The notes below the pieces were generated by a model. It made no database searches. It was not told the DNA's origin and was given only the letters and a program-made list of their open reading frames with translations. This document shows, in pieces, positions 39,472 to 49,603 of a stretch of 64,000 nucleotides of DNA. How positions within the stretch are numbered: the stretch's first letter is position 1; every line of letters begins with the position of its first letter. The position numbers and the translations under genes are program-made. The DNA comes from Candidatus Cloacimonadales bacterium (lineage in GTDB: Bacteria > Cloacimonadota > Cloacimonadia > Cloacimonadales > JAIOQZ01), in assembly GCA_963674825.1 (NCBI GenBank), contig OY771587.1, forward strand, positions 2,016,001 through 2,080,000, in the 5' to 3' direction.

Positions 39472-41505
39472 ATGAAAAATCATATTCTCCTGATTGCGAT
39501 ACTTCTTGCATTGCTTTTGTGTCTTCCCGCTCTGCATGCGCAGGACGTTTACGATGATGAAGAAGTGCCTGTTGAGCTCCTCGTACAAGATGAGCAAGAG
39601 GCACTGGAAGACCTTTACAGCGAGATAGGACATCTTCGGGAGCTTGCCACTCGCAAGAAAGAACTCCGGACAGCTAGTGAGAACGGTAACAACAACGCCG
39701 TGCGTGCAGCCTTCATTAGTGACAGACAAACACTTCAAACCTTCCTGGACGAAGGTGATTACGCTGGTGCGCTGAATAAGTACATCGATCTCGCAATGAT
39801 CTACCAGGGCTTCGGTTTTCTGGATGATCAGCTTCTTTATTTCGAGGGTGTTATATACTACGGATACGGTCGCAAGGTACGTGCTCAAAGTATCTTCGAG
39901 CGTATGGTCGGAAAATACCCCGATTCAATCTATTTCGCTGAAGCAATTGGATATCTTGAAGACCTGTATATTCACTCCGGTATGGATGAGGAGTTTCTTG
40001 CTGTTGCAGCGAGAAATCCGAATCAGGATGCTCCAAAGCACATCTACTGGATGGGACAGGCCAATTATAACGTCGGCAATCTCGAAAATGCCGAAAACAT
40101 GTTTACAACTCTGACCGACGATCCTGAATATGGCTTCCGCAGCAAATGCATGCTGAGCATGATCGGATATTACAACTTCGGTCTCGAGTACGCCATCGAA
40201 AGCTTTCTTAATTTGATGATCGACAACCAGCCCGATACGCCGTACTTCGATTTTGTCTATCTGTCACTGGCACGCCTTTATCAGGAGCGTCAGGATTACG
40301 ATAAAGCGCAGTACTGCTACGATCAATATCTGGCGATCACCGAACGCCCTATGACGGATGAGCTCCGCTATGAAATGGTTGTGCTCTTCCTCAAGGTTGG
40401 GGATTTCGAAACGGCGAATCAATACTTGCGCGAAATCGTGGATAATTCCACTTCTGCCGCATATTTCACCTCGGCAAGCTATCTTCTTACGATCGTGAAC
40501 ATGGAAATGGGAAACCTGGACGAGGCACGTGAGAATATTAACGAAGCACTCGCAACGACATCTCAGATCCTCGAGGCGATCAATATCAAGAATGAGCTCA
40601 TGAATCGGCATCAAAGCCTGATGAATCAGTATAAAAATGCCGTTTCTTCCGAGATGAAAACAAACCTCCTGAACCAGATGCGCAGGGTGAACGAGCAGAT
40701 TATCGCGACAAGTAATGTTCTCGAGAACCTCAGCGTTGGTCTTACCGAAGAGGACTATCTGCGTCTTCAGATTTACGAAGAGGAACTTGCTTATTACAAC
40801 GAAACCTTCGAGCGGATCAATCTTCTGACCAAGATTGCAAACACGAAGTCGAATAAGAAAGTTCCAAAACGTATCGACGACAAGGTGGAAATCCTCGACG
40901 AATACGCGATCCGTATCAACACCCTACAGTTACTCTCAAATATGCAGCAGCTGAACCCGGGCGAATACGAGATGGCTTATGTGATCGCAAGCGAAACTTA
41001 CGATTCGCAGAAAACCCTTGATAAATGGCGTGAAATCAAACAGGAAGCTCAGGCTAAAGGTATGATGGATGTAGTCGACAAGGCTAACCGTGCGATTCAA
41101 CTGCTGGAAGAGAATATTAGTTCTCTTGCGACAGTTTCGATGTATACATTCGGGGAGTTACGCACCAATACCGATATCCAGCAGGAACTTGCAGCCGAGA
41201 TCGAGAATATCGATCGCCTGAAGAACGAGTTCCAGGATATTCGCGAGCAAACTGTCCGCGAATACAATAAGAAACTCGCGGTCAGGTTGAAACGACTTGA
41301 CAACCTCCTGGTCGAAGAAAACAGCTCGATGAAACAACGGTACGAAAACTTCCTGACATCACTTGAAGCCGGCGTAGAAGACACTTCAGCCAAATACCGC
41401 TATACGCTCGTCGATATTCTTTATCGGGAATCGATGTTATTGGATCAGGAATATAGAGACAAACAAGCCGAGTACAAACAAAGTTTGAATAACTCCGGGG
41501 AATAG
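39472..41505 (+). CDS. Secreted TPR and coiled-coil protein (GltC-like)
   Basis: Signal peptide; multiple TPR-like repeats, then long helical region. Confidence 0.8.
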   Translation: MKNHILLIAILLALLLCLPALHAQDVYDDEEVPVELLVQDEQEALEDLYSEIGHLRELATRKKELRTASENGNNNAVRAAFISDRQTLQTFLDEGDYAGALNKYIDLAMIYQGFGFLDDQLLYFEGVIYYGYGRKVRAQSIFERMVGKYPDSIYFAEAIGYLEDLYIHSGMDEEFLAVAARNPNQDAPKHIYWMGQANYNVGNLENAENMFTTLTDDPEYGFRSKCMLSMIGYYNFGLEYAIESFLNLMIDNQPDTPYFDFVYLSLARLYQERQDYDKAQYCYDQYLAITERPMTDELRYEMVVLFLKVGDFETANQYLREIVDNSTSAAYFTSASYLLTIVNMEMGNLDEARENINEALATTSQILEAINIKNELMNRHQSLMNQYKNAVSSEMKTNLLNQMRRVNEQIIATSNVLENLSVGLTEEDYLRLQIYEEELAYYNETFERINLLTKIANTKSNKKVPKRIDDKVEILDEYAIRINTLQLLSNMQQLNPGEYEMAYVIASETYDSQKTLDKWREIKQEAQAKGMMDVVDKANRAIQLLEENISSLATVSMYTFGELRTNTDIQQELAAEIENIDRLKNEFQDIREQTVREYNKKLAVRLKRLDNLLVEENSSMKQRYENFLTSLEAGVEDTSAKYRYTLVDILYRESMLLDQEYRDKQAEYKQSLNNSGE

Positions 41506-41509
41506 TTAC

Positions 41510-44500
41510 ATGAAAACCATGAAACCAAGCGTATTATGGATTTTTTGTGTCCTTTTCACGCTGTCGATAGGTTCTCTTCTGAGCCTTTCACTGGACGAGC
41601 TCGAAAGGGAACACCAGAAATTGCAGGATTTCAAACGGGACGTATATAACCAGATTCAAACCGATATCCGGGAGAATCCGAACTCACCCGATATTCCATA
41701 TCTTTATTTCAAGCTCGCACAATTGAGCTCAGAAATCGAAGGTATTGAAAATCCAGCAAAGACAGCAAATTTCTACAAAAAAGTCCTTGAACTCGATCCA
41801 ACCTTCCCCGACAAAGACGTGGTCTTGTACAATCTCGCCTATTTCTCGTATGAAGCTGCGAAAAAAGCTCGTGACGAAAAACGGGAAAGAAATATTGATC
41901 TGGCTATGAACTGGCCCGATAGTTACCGACTTTCAGAAGATCAGCCGATGGTCAAGACCGCGATTGATTCCTATACGGAAATCTATCTCAAATACCTTGA
42001 TTCCATCTATAACTCTGAAGCGCTTTTCAGGCTTGGTAACATCTATTATGAGCTTGGATTCGATGCGCGTAAAAGCGCGAAATATTACACTGTTGCATCG
42101 AAATTCTTCGATATTCTTGCCCGTAGAGACGGCGATCCCTACCAGAACTTCGGTATCTTCTACCGCGGCTGGGTTAACTTCACAAAGGGTGACTATCAGG
42201 ATGCGATCAACGATTTCTCTCAAATCCTTAAGAAGATCGAAGATGGCTCTTCCACTGAAGATCTGAAGACCTATTTCGAAAGCGAAGCGATCGAAAACAT
42301 TGCATATAGTCTTATCGAAGCGGACAGCACGGACTTTGAACAACGTTCGAGAGCTGCCTCCTTCGCACGCGACTCCTTTAATCAGCTTGTTGATGAGCAA
42401 GTTGGAAAGCGAATCCTCAATGAAGCAATCGACCTGAAGCTTCAGCTCAATGCTCCGATGCAGGCAGTTGACCTCTTCAAGGCATATGTTAATCTGTATC
42501 CTATGAGCCTGGATGCACCTTCCTACGTCGATTCGATCATGACGATCTACAAGCGTTACCCGAATCGTCTTCGCGAAGCAGATATCTATCAGGCTGTGAA
42601 GAAAGAACAGGAATTCCTGGTACAGAACTACTGTTATGGCTGCGAATGGTACACAGCAAATGAAGCGAAACCTGGTTTCGTGGATCAGCTGGTTGTCGTT
42701 CGTAACGCGTACAAGTTCCTCGCTCCGGATTACCTGATTGCTTTCCAGAAAAGTAACAATGAAGCCGATTTCCAGCGCTATCGCGAATTGTTTGAGAACT
42801 ATCGCAAGTATCCGCAGTTCGCGCAGATGGATATCGACGAAGGCGAAGGTGACTGGTTCTTCGAATATGAGATTAGTACAGCTGCCGGTTATCTTACGCT
42901 GGCCGATCAGGCTCAGGATCCAGGCAAATATCTCCTCGCACATGAACAATTGATCGATATTAACACGGAATTCCCTGAGAATGCGCGTTATATCGCGAAC
43001 GAGACAAACGCCTTCTATTGTATTGAACAGGTATACAATATCCTTGATCCTACGATCGCCGATATGCCATTCACCAGTCCGGTCGATAGCCTCGTTATCA
43101 CCAAGCCGGTACTTGATTCGCTGTACGTTGCAGCTTCGACTCGTTATGAGCAAACCCTTGTTTCAGACGAATATCAAGCTGCAGAAAAAGATTCCGACCT
43201 GCAGAAGATCATCTATCGTCGTGCAGAGTTGCGCTACGAAAATGAAGATCTCGATCTTGCATACACGGATTTTGAAAAGCTTCTCAATTTGCAGATCAAC
43301 GACGATCTTCGCAAGATCGCGTTCAGCAGACTGGCAAGTATCAACGAAACCCGCGGTGATTACACCATGGCGATCGATTTCTACAACCAGGCCGCCAATT
43401 TTGCAAAAACGGATGCAGAACGCGCCGATATCAAGACAAACATCGCAGCTGCTTACCAGGCCGATGCCGAACAACTCAAGGGCATGGGTAACTACCAGCA
43501 GGCTGCCGAGAAGTATATCAGACTTTCCGACGAGATTGCCTACAGGGATTCCACACAGTGGATCGCTTTCAGGGTCAAGGCAATCGACATGTATAATAAG
43601 ATTCCGCAATACGACATGAGCATTGGACTGCTCAAGGAGATCGCGAAATCTCAGAACAACATCGACAAGGTTCTCGGTTACTATGTTCGTGCGTGGAATA
43701 TCGCAGACTCTCTGATGCTCGACCCGCAATACGGTGAGCAGCTTCGCTGGGAATTTGTCGATATGTATCCACGCAGCAACCAGGCTTATAATATCCAGCT
43801 CGATATCATCAAGCGTTACGAAGAAGACGTGAATACGAAAGAAGCTGCAGCGCAGATGTACCTCGACCTGCATGCCAAAGCCGGTAATATCGATCTCGGC
43901 GAAGACAAGATCGAAGACCTTATGCTGAAAGCAATCTCGATTTATCGCGATCTGAACAACGACGCGAAACTGATCGAATTGATGCTAGCCTTTGAATCGA
44001 CATATCCAGCGCACCCGGCGGCGAACGAATTCCTTATCGAAGTCGCCAGAATGTACAAAAACATGGGCGATCAGGCTAAGTACAAGGATATGGCCCTTTA
44101 CATTAACCGCAAGGATCCTTCGATCCCGTTCCTCGAGTCTATTGCGAGCGAAGAGCTGAAGGCCATCTATATCGATGTCAATACGCTTTTCGAAGCAAAG
44201 GCTTACGATTCGATGAACGCGAAGATCCAGGAATACAAAGACCTCGAGAATAACTATAAGAAGGAAGGACTCGATCTTCGCATCGATTCCGTTTACGATC
44301 GGTTTGACTATGTCGAGAATTACATCGTCTGGGAGAAGAGCTATGATGGCATCATCCAGGAACTGAACGACTATCTCGAAAAGTCTCCGAACGATCTGGT
44401 TCTGATTGGTGGACCGACCAAGTGGAAAACAAAGGTCGTCCCGCGTATGAAGACCCTGGTCAAGAACACAAACGCTCTGTACGATAAGGTTCTCGATGTC

Positions 44501-45820
44501 ATTGCCAACGGTAAAGAGTATGAAATCAGCGATATGCAGACAACCAAAGCTCTTTATCTGATTGCGCAGGTGTACGAATATAGCTACACCTCGTTGATTA
44601 CGCAGCTGAAAAAATACCTTGAAGAAACTACCGAAGCGCAGGAATACCGTGACGCTGGTCCCGCTATGTACCAGCAGTTCTCGAGTGCAATTGCCGCGGC
44701 TTCGAACGAATATCGTTCTGAACTCCAGAAGAAATATCTTCAGACCTATTTGACGATCGTCACCAACTTCACTGAAAAGACTGGTTACTCCGATGAGTAC
44801 ACCGAACTGGCGATGGAAAAACTGGTAGAAGAAGGCATCCGTAAACCGAAAGAGTACCAGCAGGTCGCAATGGATAATTCCTGGATGACCAACACAATGG
44901 GAATCGATATCAATGACCCGACGTCGATTTCTTCGGCTACCTGGTCTCCGATTGCGACGATTACCAGCGCAACCTATGCTGATAAGGGTGTGATCGAGTT
45001 CAGTGAAGTTTCTCCGACATACGACGTGCTTTACAACAGTACGCTCAACGCTGAAATCCAGCCTGAACTCTTGACTGTTGACTATTTCAGCAATCAGCCA
45101 GTTCAGGTATATGTGAACAACAGTCCGGTTCAGAACCAACCGAGCCTTGTCGATACGCTAATCGTCGATGGCTTGAACATCCCGCACTATTCGGTCGTAA
45201 CCAGCCGTAACCTTACGCAGGGGCTGAACACGATCGGATTCTATGTGACACACGGCGATTCGCTCAGTACAACATTGTTCTCGGCAAACTACCAGGCACA
45301 GTACGACAAGGCCGATCTCGATTTCTTCCGCACAACCGAAGAACGTGATATCGTGTCGGATTACTCCTGGTACACAACGCGCAAAGAGATTGATCCTGCT
45401 ACGACAGCTCCAGATTCGACCTGGATGCTTGCCGGAAAGGGTAATTTCAGTTTCTATCGCGTGCAGATCCAGATGATGGATAACACGAATGCGATTGAGA
45501 TCTGGGCGCCTGAAGTCGATACGTCGAAAGTCAATTCTGTTTACTTCATGAAGACGTTCGACATCGATACGGAAGTCATTGAAGGATCAATGTCTTTCAT
45601 CGCTGAGAAATACGGTTCTGTCTGGATCAATGGCGTAAATATCTTCGATTCGATGGAGATAATGCTTGACCAACAACTGAGCCAGGTACTACCTTACCAA
45701 ATGCCACTGGACGCTTCCTACTTCGTTCAGGGCCGAAACACGATCCTTATCCGTGTCGATGGAGACAAAAAATACAAGGGTCTTATGTTCGACATGAATA
45801 TGTTCGTCAAAAAACCGTAG
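41510..45820 (+). CDS. Large secreted TPR protein with C-terminal beta-sandwich domains (GltD-like)
   Basis: Signal peptide; many TPRs (e.g. SEALFRLGNIYY); C-terminal VWING...GRNTILIRV beta domain. Confidence 0.8.
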   Translation: MKTMKPSVLWIFCVLFTLSIGSLLSLSLDELEREHQKLQDFKRDVYNQIQTDIRENPNSPDIPYLYFKLAQLSSEIEGIENPAKTANFYKKVLELDPTFPDKDVVLYNLAYFSYEAAKKARDEKRERNIDLAMNWPDSYRLSEDQPMVKTAIDSYTEIYLKYLDSIYNSEALFRLGNIYYELGFDARKSAKYYTVASKFFDILARRDGDPYQNFGIFYRGWVNFTKGDYQDAINDFSQILKKIEDGSSTEDLKTYFESEAIENIAYSLIEADSTDFEQRSRAASFARDSFNQLVDEQVGKRILNEAIDLKLQLNAPMQAVDLFKAYVNLYPMSLDAPSYVDSIMTIYKRYPNRLREADIYQAVKKEQEFLVQNYCYGCEWYTANEAKPGFVDQLVVVRNAYKFLAPDYLIAFQKSNNEADFQRYRELFENYRKYPQFAQMDIDEGEGDWFFEYEISTAAGYLTLADQAQDPGKYLLAHEQLIDINTEFPENARYIANETNAFYCIEQVYNILDPTIADMPFTSPVDSLVITKPVLDSLYVAASTRYEQTLVSDEYQAAEKDSDLQKIIYRRAELRYENEDLDLAYTDFEKLLNLQINDDLRKIAFSRLASINETRGDYTMAIDFYNQAANFAKTDAERADIKTNIAAAYQADAEQLKGMGNYQQAAEKYIRLSDEIAYRDSTQWIAFRVKAIDMYNKIPQYDMSIGLLKEIAKSQNNIDKVLGYYVRAWNIADSLMLDPQYGEQLRWEFVDMYPRSNQAYNIQLDIIKRYEEDVNTKEAAAQMYLDLHAKAGNIDLGEDKIEDLMLKAISIYRDLNNDAKLIELMLAFESTYPAHPAANEFLIEVARMYKNMGDQAKYKDMALYINRKDPSIPFLESIASEELKAIYIDVNTLFEAKAYDSMNAKIQEYKDLENNYKKEGLDLRIDSVYDRFDYVENYIVWEKSYDGIIQELNDYLEKSPNDLVLIGGPTKWKTKVVPRMKTLVKNTNALYDKVLDVIANGKEYEISDMQTTKALYLIAQVYEYSYTSLITQLKKYLEETTEAQEYRDAGPAMYQQFSSAIAAASNEYRSELQKKYLQTYLTIVTNFTEKTGYSDEYTELAMEKLVEEGIRKPKEYQQVAMDNSWMTNTMGIDINDPTSISSATWSPIATITSATYADKGVIEFSEVSPTYDVLYNSTLNAEIQPELLTVDYFSNQPVQVYVNNSPVQNQPSLVDTLIVDGLNIPHYSVVTSRNLTQGLNTIGFYVTHGDSLSTTLFSANYQAQYDKADLDFFRTTEERDIVSDYSWYTTRKEIDPATTAPDSTWMLAGKGNFSFYRVQIQMMDNTNAIEIWAPEVDTSKVNSVYFMKTFDIDTEVIEGSMSFIAEKYGSVWINGVNIFDSMEIMLDQQLSQVLPYQMPLDASYFVQGRNTILIRVDGDKKYKGLMFDMNMFVKKP

Positions 45821-45838
45821 GGTTGAGAGAGGTACACC

Positions 45839-46147
45839 ATGAGAAAGGTACTCGCTATTGCGCTTCTGTTGATCGGTGTTGGGCTGTTTGCACAGGATGC
45901 TACTCAGGCTGAAACTCAGGAGCAACCTCAGGCACAAACACAAACTCAAACTCAAGCGACCGAAGATGTGAGAGCTCGCTTTCAAAACGTGGAAGTGTTT
46001 CGCGATACGGAAGAGAGCCAGATACAGGTTGATGACCTTAAACCGGGTCAGTCCGCAATGAAAGAGCGTCAGGAATCGAAAACGACTGCTGGCGCGAAAA
46101 GAATCTATCTTGAACGTTTTCAGACATCAAATAAGTTATTATATTGA
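45839..46147 (+). CDS. Small secreted protein (GltF/CglF-like)
   Basis: Signal peptide; Gln/Thr-rich linker; IQVDDLKP motif; position in the operon. Confidence 0.6.
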   Translation: MRKVLAIALLLIGVGLFAQDATQAETQEQPQAQTQTQTQATEDVRARFQNVEVFRDTEESQIQVDDLKPGQSAMKERQESKTTAGAKRIYLERFQTSNKLLY

Positions 46148-46164
46148 TAAACAGGAGGTTTAGA

Positions 46165-46923
46165 ATGTCTTCGTTCTTCAGAAAAATATGCTTCATGGGA
46201 GCGTTGCTTGTTCTGACAATTGGTCTGGTGGCACAGGATGCAGAGGTTCGCGGAGGCGAGCAAATCGACTACGCAGCTATGTTTACCGGTGTTCCGGGCG
46301 TATTCATGTACCTGATTCTGTTACTTGGCGTTGTGAGCGTTGTGCTTGCTATCGTTAAGCTTTTCCGCCTTGCTATCAAGGAAAAATTCGATGCTCAGAG
46401 CTTCTATCTTAAACTGAAAGGCTATATCAAGCATGAGCAGTACGATGAAGCAATCAAGGTTTGCAAAAACTTCAAGAACAAAACCATGGGATTCATCTTC
46501 TGGAACGGTCTTGTTTCCTTCAACGATGCTCGCAGCATTGGAAAATCAGGAAGCGAACTCCGCCAGGTTCTTCAGAACTCTTTCGACGAAGCCGGTATGC
46601 AGAAGATACCGGAAGTTTCCGCTGGTCTTCACTGGTTCGACCTCATTGCGCAGGTTGCAACGCTGCTTGGACTTCTCGGAACTATCTTCGGTCTGATCTT
46701 TGCGTTCAACGCGCTGTCAGGTGCGGCTGAAGCTGATAAGACACGTCTTCTTACCAAAGGTATCGGTACCGCTATGGGTACGACCGGTCTTGGACTGATG
46801 GTCGCTATTCCTACCCTTCTCATCAAGGGTTATCTGCAAGGACGTGCAGAACGCATTACCGACCAGATCGACGAATTCAGTGTGAAGACCATCAATACGA
46901 TCAACTATACGATAAAGGATTAG
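46165..46923 (+). CDS. MotA/TolQ/ExbB proton channel protein (AglR-like)
   Basis: ATLLGLLGTIFGLI and GIGTAMGTTGLGLMVAIP motifs; AGGAGG RBS. Confidence 0.93.
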   Translation: MSSFFRKICFMGALLVLTIGLVAQDAEVRGGEQIDYAAMFTGVPGVFMYLILLLGVVSVVLAIVKLFRLAIKEKFDAQSFYLKLKGYIKHEQYDEAIKVCKNFKNKTMGFIFWNGLVSFNDARSIGKSGSELRQVLQNSFDEAGMQKIPEVSAGLHWFDLIAQVATLLGLLGTIFGLIFAFNALSGAAEADKTRLLTKGIGTAMGTTGLGLMVAIPTLLIKGYLQGRAERITDQIDEFSVKTINTINYTIKD

Positions 46924-46927
46924 TGCC

Positions 46928-47443
46928 ATGGCATATCGTCCATCGGAATCGCGAAAAGGCGGAAAATGGGAAAGCAAGGAACTGAACCTGATTCCTATCA
47001 TGAATCTGTTCATTGTTGTTATTCCCATGCTTCTGACCATTATCGTGATGACGCATATGGCGATGATCGAAATATCTCTGCCTACGCAGGCCGGTGCTAC
47101 TGACGCACAGGATACTGAAGAGAAGGAAGTGGAAGCAAAGCTTCTCGCGATAACCCCCGATGGGTTCGAACTCTTCACGCCGGGCGGCGAGGAAGATGGC
47201 ATTAATTTGCCTATTCTGAATTCCGAAGCAACGGATGCGATCCAGAAGTACGATTTTTATCGTCTCGATCAGGAAATCGCCAAGCTTAAAAAAGACAATG
47301 AAGACCTGAAGGCTATCGGTGTAATGCCCGATCCTCGCGTGTCGTTCGAAACGCTTCTTACCACCATTGACATTGCCAAAAGCAATGGTTTCGAGGTGGA
47401 CTACAAGAAGTTCGAACAATACGGCTTGAAAAAGGTCCAGTAG
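46928..47443 (+). CDS. ExbD/TolR family protein 1 (AglQ-like)
   Basis: ELNLIPIMNLFIVVIPMLL TM helix; ISLP; PD..VSFETLLTTID. Confidence 0.85.
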   Translation: MAYRPSESRKGGKWESKELNLIPIMNLFIVVIPMLLTIIVMTHMAMIEISLPTQAGATDAQDTEEKEVEAKLLAITPDGFELFTPGGEEDGINLPILNSEATDAIQKYDFYRLDQEIAKLKKDNEDLKAIGVMPDPRVSFETLLTTIDIAKSNGFEVDYKKFEQYGLKKVQ

Positions 47444-47452
47444 GAGTTCCAC

Positions 47453-48040
47453 ATGGCAAAACGAATATCCTATACGAAAGTAAAAAGAAAGATATCCGGT
47501 ACCAGCGGACGCGAGGCTAAGAAGAAGCACCCGAAATCGAAAGAGATCAACATCACATCGTTGATCGACATTCTTACGATTCTTCTGGTCTTCCTCATCA
47601 AGAACGTCTCGATGGAAGCTCAGAAGGTGCAGCAGCCAGAAGGAATGAAACTGCCCTCGACATCAACCAAAGAAGCTTTGATCGAAAACGGTAATACCGT
47701 GCTCATCAAGGTGTATGATAACCAGATTCTTTTCGGTACATCGAACACGAAGGTGATCCCGGATGAGAAGATGGTCGGTTACGAAGGTAGAGAGCTGGAA
47801 GTATTCATGAACGACGAGGATACACGTACGGCTATGAAGGGACTTCTGCAGGCGCAAGCAAAGGAAATCAAGGCTGCGAATGCCGAAGCGATTCCAGCAA
47901 TCTTGATTCAGGCGGACGACAAAGTGTTATGTCGGTATATTACTGAGATAATCGTGTTATGTGCAAACTCGGAGTTCTCACACATTTACTTCTCCAGTAT
48001 GCACGATCCGCAAATCAAGGAGCACTTCATTAAATCCTAA
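47453..48040 (+). CDS. ExbD/TolR family protein 2 (AglS-like)
   Basis: EINITSLIDILTILLVFLIK; MKLPST; ILIQADDKV. Confidence 0.9.
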   Translation: MAKRISYTKVKRKISGTSGREAKKKHPKSKEINITSLIDILTILLVFLIKNVSMEAQKVQQPEGMKLPSTSTKEALIENGNTVLIKVYDNQILFGTSNTKVIPDEKMVGYEGRELEVFMNDEDTRTAMKGLLQAQAKEIKAANAEAIPAILIQADDKVLCRYITEIIVLCANSEFSHIYFSSMHDPQIKEHFIKS

Positions 48041-48060
48041 GTTTCCAGGGAGTAGTCTTT

Positions 48061-49506
48061 ATGGGTAATAAAATACTAAATTTGAAACTGCTGTATATGG
48101 GAAAGCCTCTCAGCTATGTTTCTCAGGGCAACGGATTTTCCAAGTCCTTCGAGGTTGGTTCTGATCCGCATTTGTTCTGGCAGATTCTGGATGAGAAATT
48201 CCCAAGTAAGTTCAAATTGCTTACGAAGAAGGGAGAAAACTTTGTCCTGCATCTCAACAAGGGCATGAACCTCTCCGTCCAGCGTGGCGATGAGAACTTG
48301 AATATGGATAACCTGAAGCAACAGCGACTGCTCAAAGGGAACAACCTGATGCTGGATGAACGTACAAGCGGAACTGTCGGCTTGAACAAAGACTACCAGA
48401 TCCAGTACAGCTTCCAGACACCGAGACCGCAGGTTCTGTCTCAGGCTGAAATCGCGATGATTCGCGAGTTCAACCGCAAACCGCCTGCAACTTCGGAACA
48501 GAAGTTTACCAAATGGTTCCTGATTATCAGTATGCTGATTACAGTCGTCGGTCTTACTACATTCAACCTTACCTATAGACCCAAACAGGTCGATCGCTCG
48601 ATCGTGGATCTCTATCAGCAGCGTGAACTCGCGACTCAGGTAACTTATGAAGTACCTCAGGCTGAAGAGGGTCCCACTGCAGATGCTTATGGTGTTGGGC
48701 AGGTTGACAGGGAAGCTGGTACGACAGAAGAACAGGCTCAGGAAATCGTTCAGGAAGCTCAGCAAAGAACAGTTGAGGACATGAGAAACGCACTCGGTCT
48801 TGGTAGCTTCGATGTTACCGGTGGTGGCGGAAGCCTTGATGATACCGGTATCGGTCAGGATGTGATCCTCGAAGTCAACCAGGCTACCGACATCGTTGCA
48901 GCCGGCCCGGCAACGGGTGCGAGAAAGGCTGCTGCTGGTGCTGCGATTGCTCAGTTCGATACCAAATCAGCTAAAGCTTCTGAGATGACCAGTGGGGCTG
49001 GTGGACTCGACGCGATCCTTTCCAAAGACGCTATCAACGTCGGCGGTGCCGGCGGAACATTTGAAGCTGTTGACCTGGATGCCGTTGGTGCTTCCGGTGG
49101 ACAGATTCAAAAGGTTGTCATTACTGGATCAGCGCAGTTCGAGAGTATCAAAGCAGCTCGCTATAGTGGACTTCGTACGGTTCGTGCTCAGGATATCGAG
49201 ACAGCCGATCTTGCTCCAGCAGATAAGAGCGTTTATGTGAACATCCGTAACTACGTGAAGGCTTTCGAGCCGCAGATTACGCAGGCATTCCGCCGCGAAT
49301 CCGCAATCATTGATATGTACGGTTCACTTCAGATCACGCTTTATCTTAGCGAAGGCAAGGTTGAAGGCGCAGAGATTTCCAAAGTCGGAAACAGCTATTT
49401 CACGGATGGCTTCCTTCAGAAGATCCATGACGATGTCATCATGAAATGGAAGTTCCCGGTTAAAAAGACGCTCGTTTACGAGTGGCGTATGAACTTCATC
49501 AAATAA
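48061..49506 (+). CDS. PglI/GltG-like bitopic protein with TonB-C-like (AgmX/PglI) C-terminal domain
   Basis: Cytoplasmic beta domain; single TM helix; Gly/Ala-rich linker; C-terminal IRNYV...GSLQITL...GKV...KWKFP. Confidence 0.75.
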   Translation: MGNKILNLKLLYMGKPLSYVSQGNGFSKSFEVGSDPHLFWQILDEKFPSKFKLLTKKGENFVLHLNKGMNLSVQRGDENLNMDNLKQQRLLKGNNLMLDERTSGTVGLNKDYQIQYSFQTPRPQVLSQAEIAMIREFNRKPPATSEQKFTKWFLIISMLITVVGLTTFNLTYRPKQVDRSIVDLYQQRELATQVTYEVPQAEEGPTADAYGVGQVDREAGTTEEQAQEIVQEAQQRTVEDMRNALGLGSFDVTGGGGSLDDTGIGQDVILEVNQATDIVAAGPATGARKAAAGAAIAQFDTKSAKASEMTSGAGGLDAILSKDAINVGGAGGTFEAVDLDAVGASGGQIQKVVITGSAQFESIKAARYSGLRTVRAQDIETADLAPADKSVYVNIRNYVKAFEPQITQAFRRESAIIDMYGSLQITLYLSEGKVEGAEISKVGNSYFTDGFLQKIHDDVIMKWKFPVKKTLVYEWRMNFIK

Positions 49507-49525
49507 GAGCGTAAGCTATATGATT

Positions 49526-49556
49526 AAAGCCCCTGGTTTCAGGGGCTTTTTTTTTT
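49526..49556 (+). terminator. Rho-independent terminator
   Basis: AAAGCCCCTG-GTTT-CAGGGGCTTT plus T run; closes the motor operon. Confidence 0.93.
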
Positions 49557-49603
49557 GTGTAAACCTCTGGACAATGAATGCGGAATGAATAAATCTGCCT
49601 GAT

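Noticed and set aside
41933..45139. Long antisense ORFs (406, 236 and 384 aa), and similar ones opposite dnaE, pgsB and tkt
   Set aside because: They shadow well-supported genes, show no motifs, and are expected from codon bias.
46165..49506. Ordinary Tol-Pal or TonB-ExbBD interpretation
   Set aside because: No tolB, pal or TonB-dependent receptor; two ExbD paralogues, large TPR genes and a cytoplasmic domain on the TonB-like protein fit Agl-Glt better. Phylogeny is still needed.
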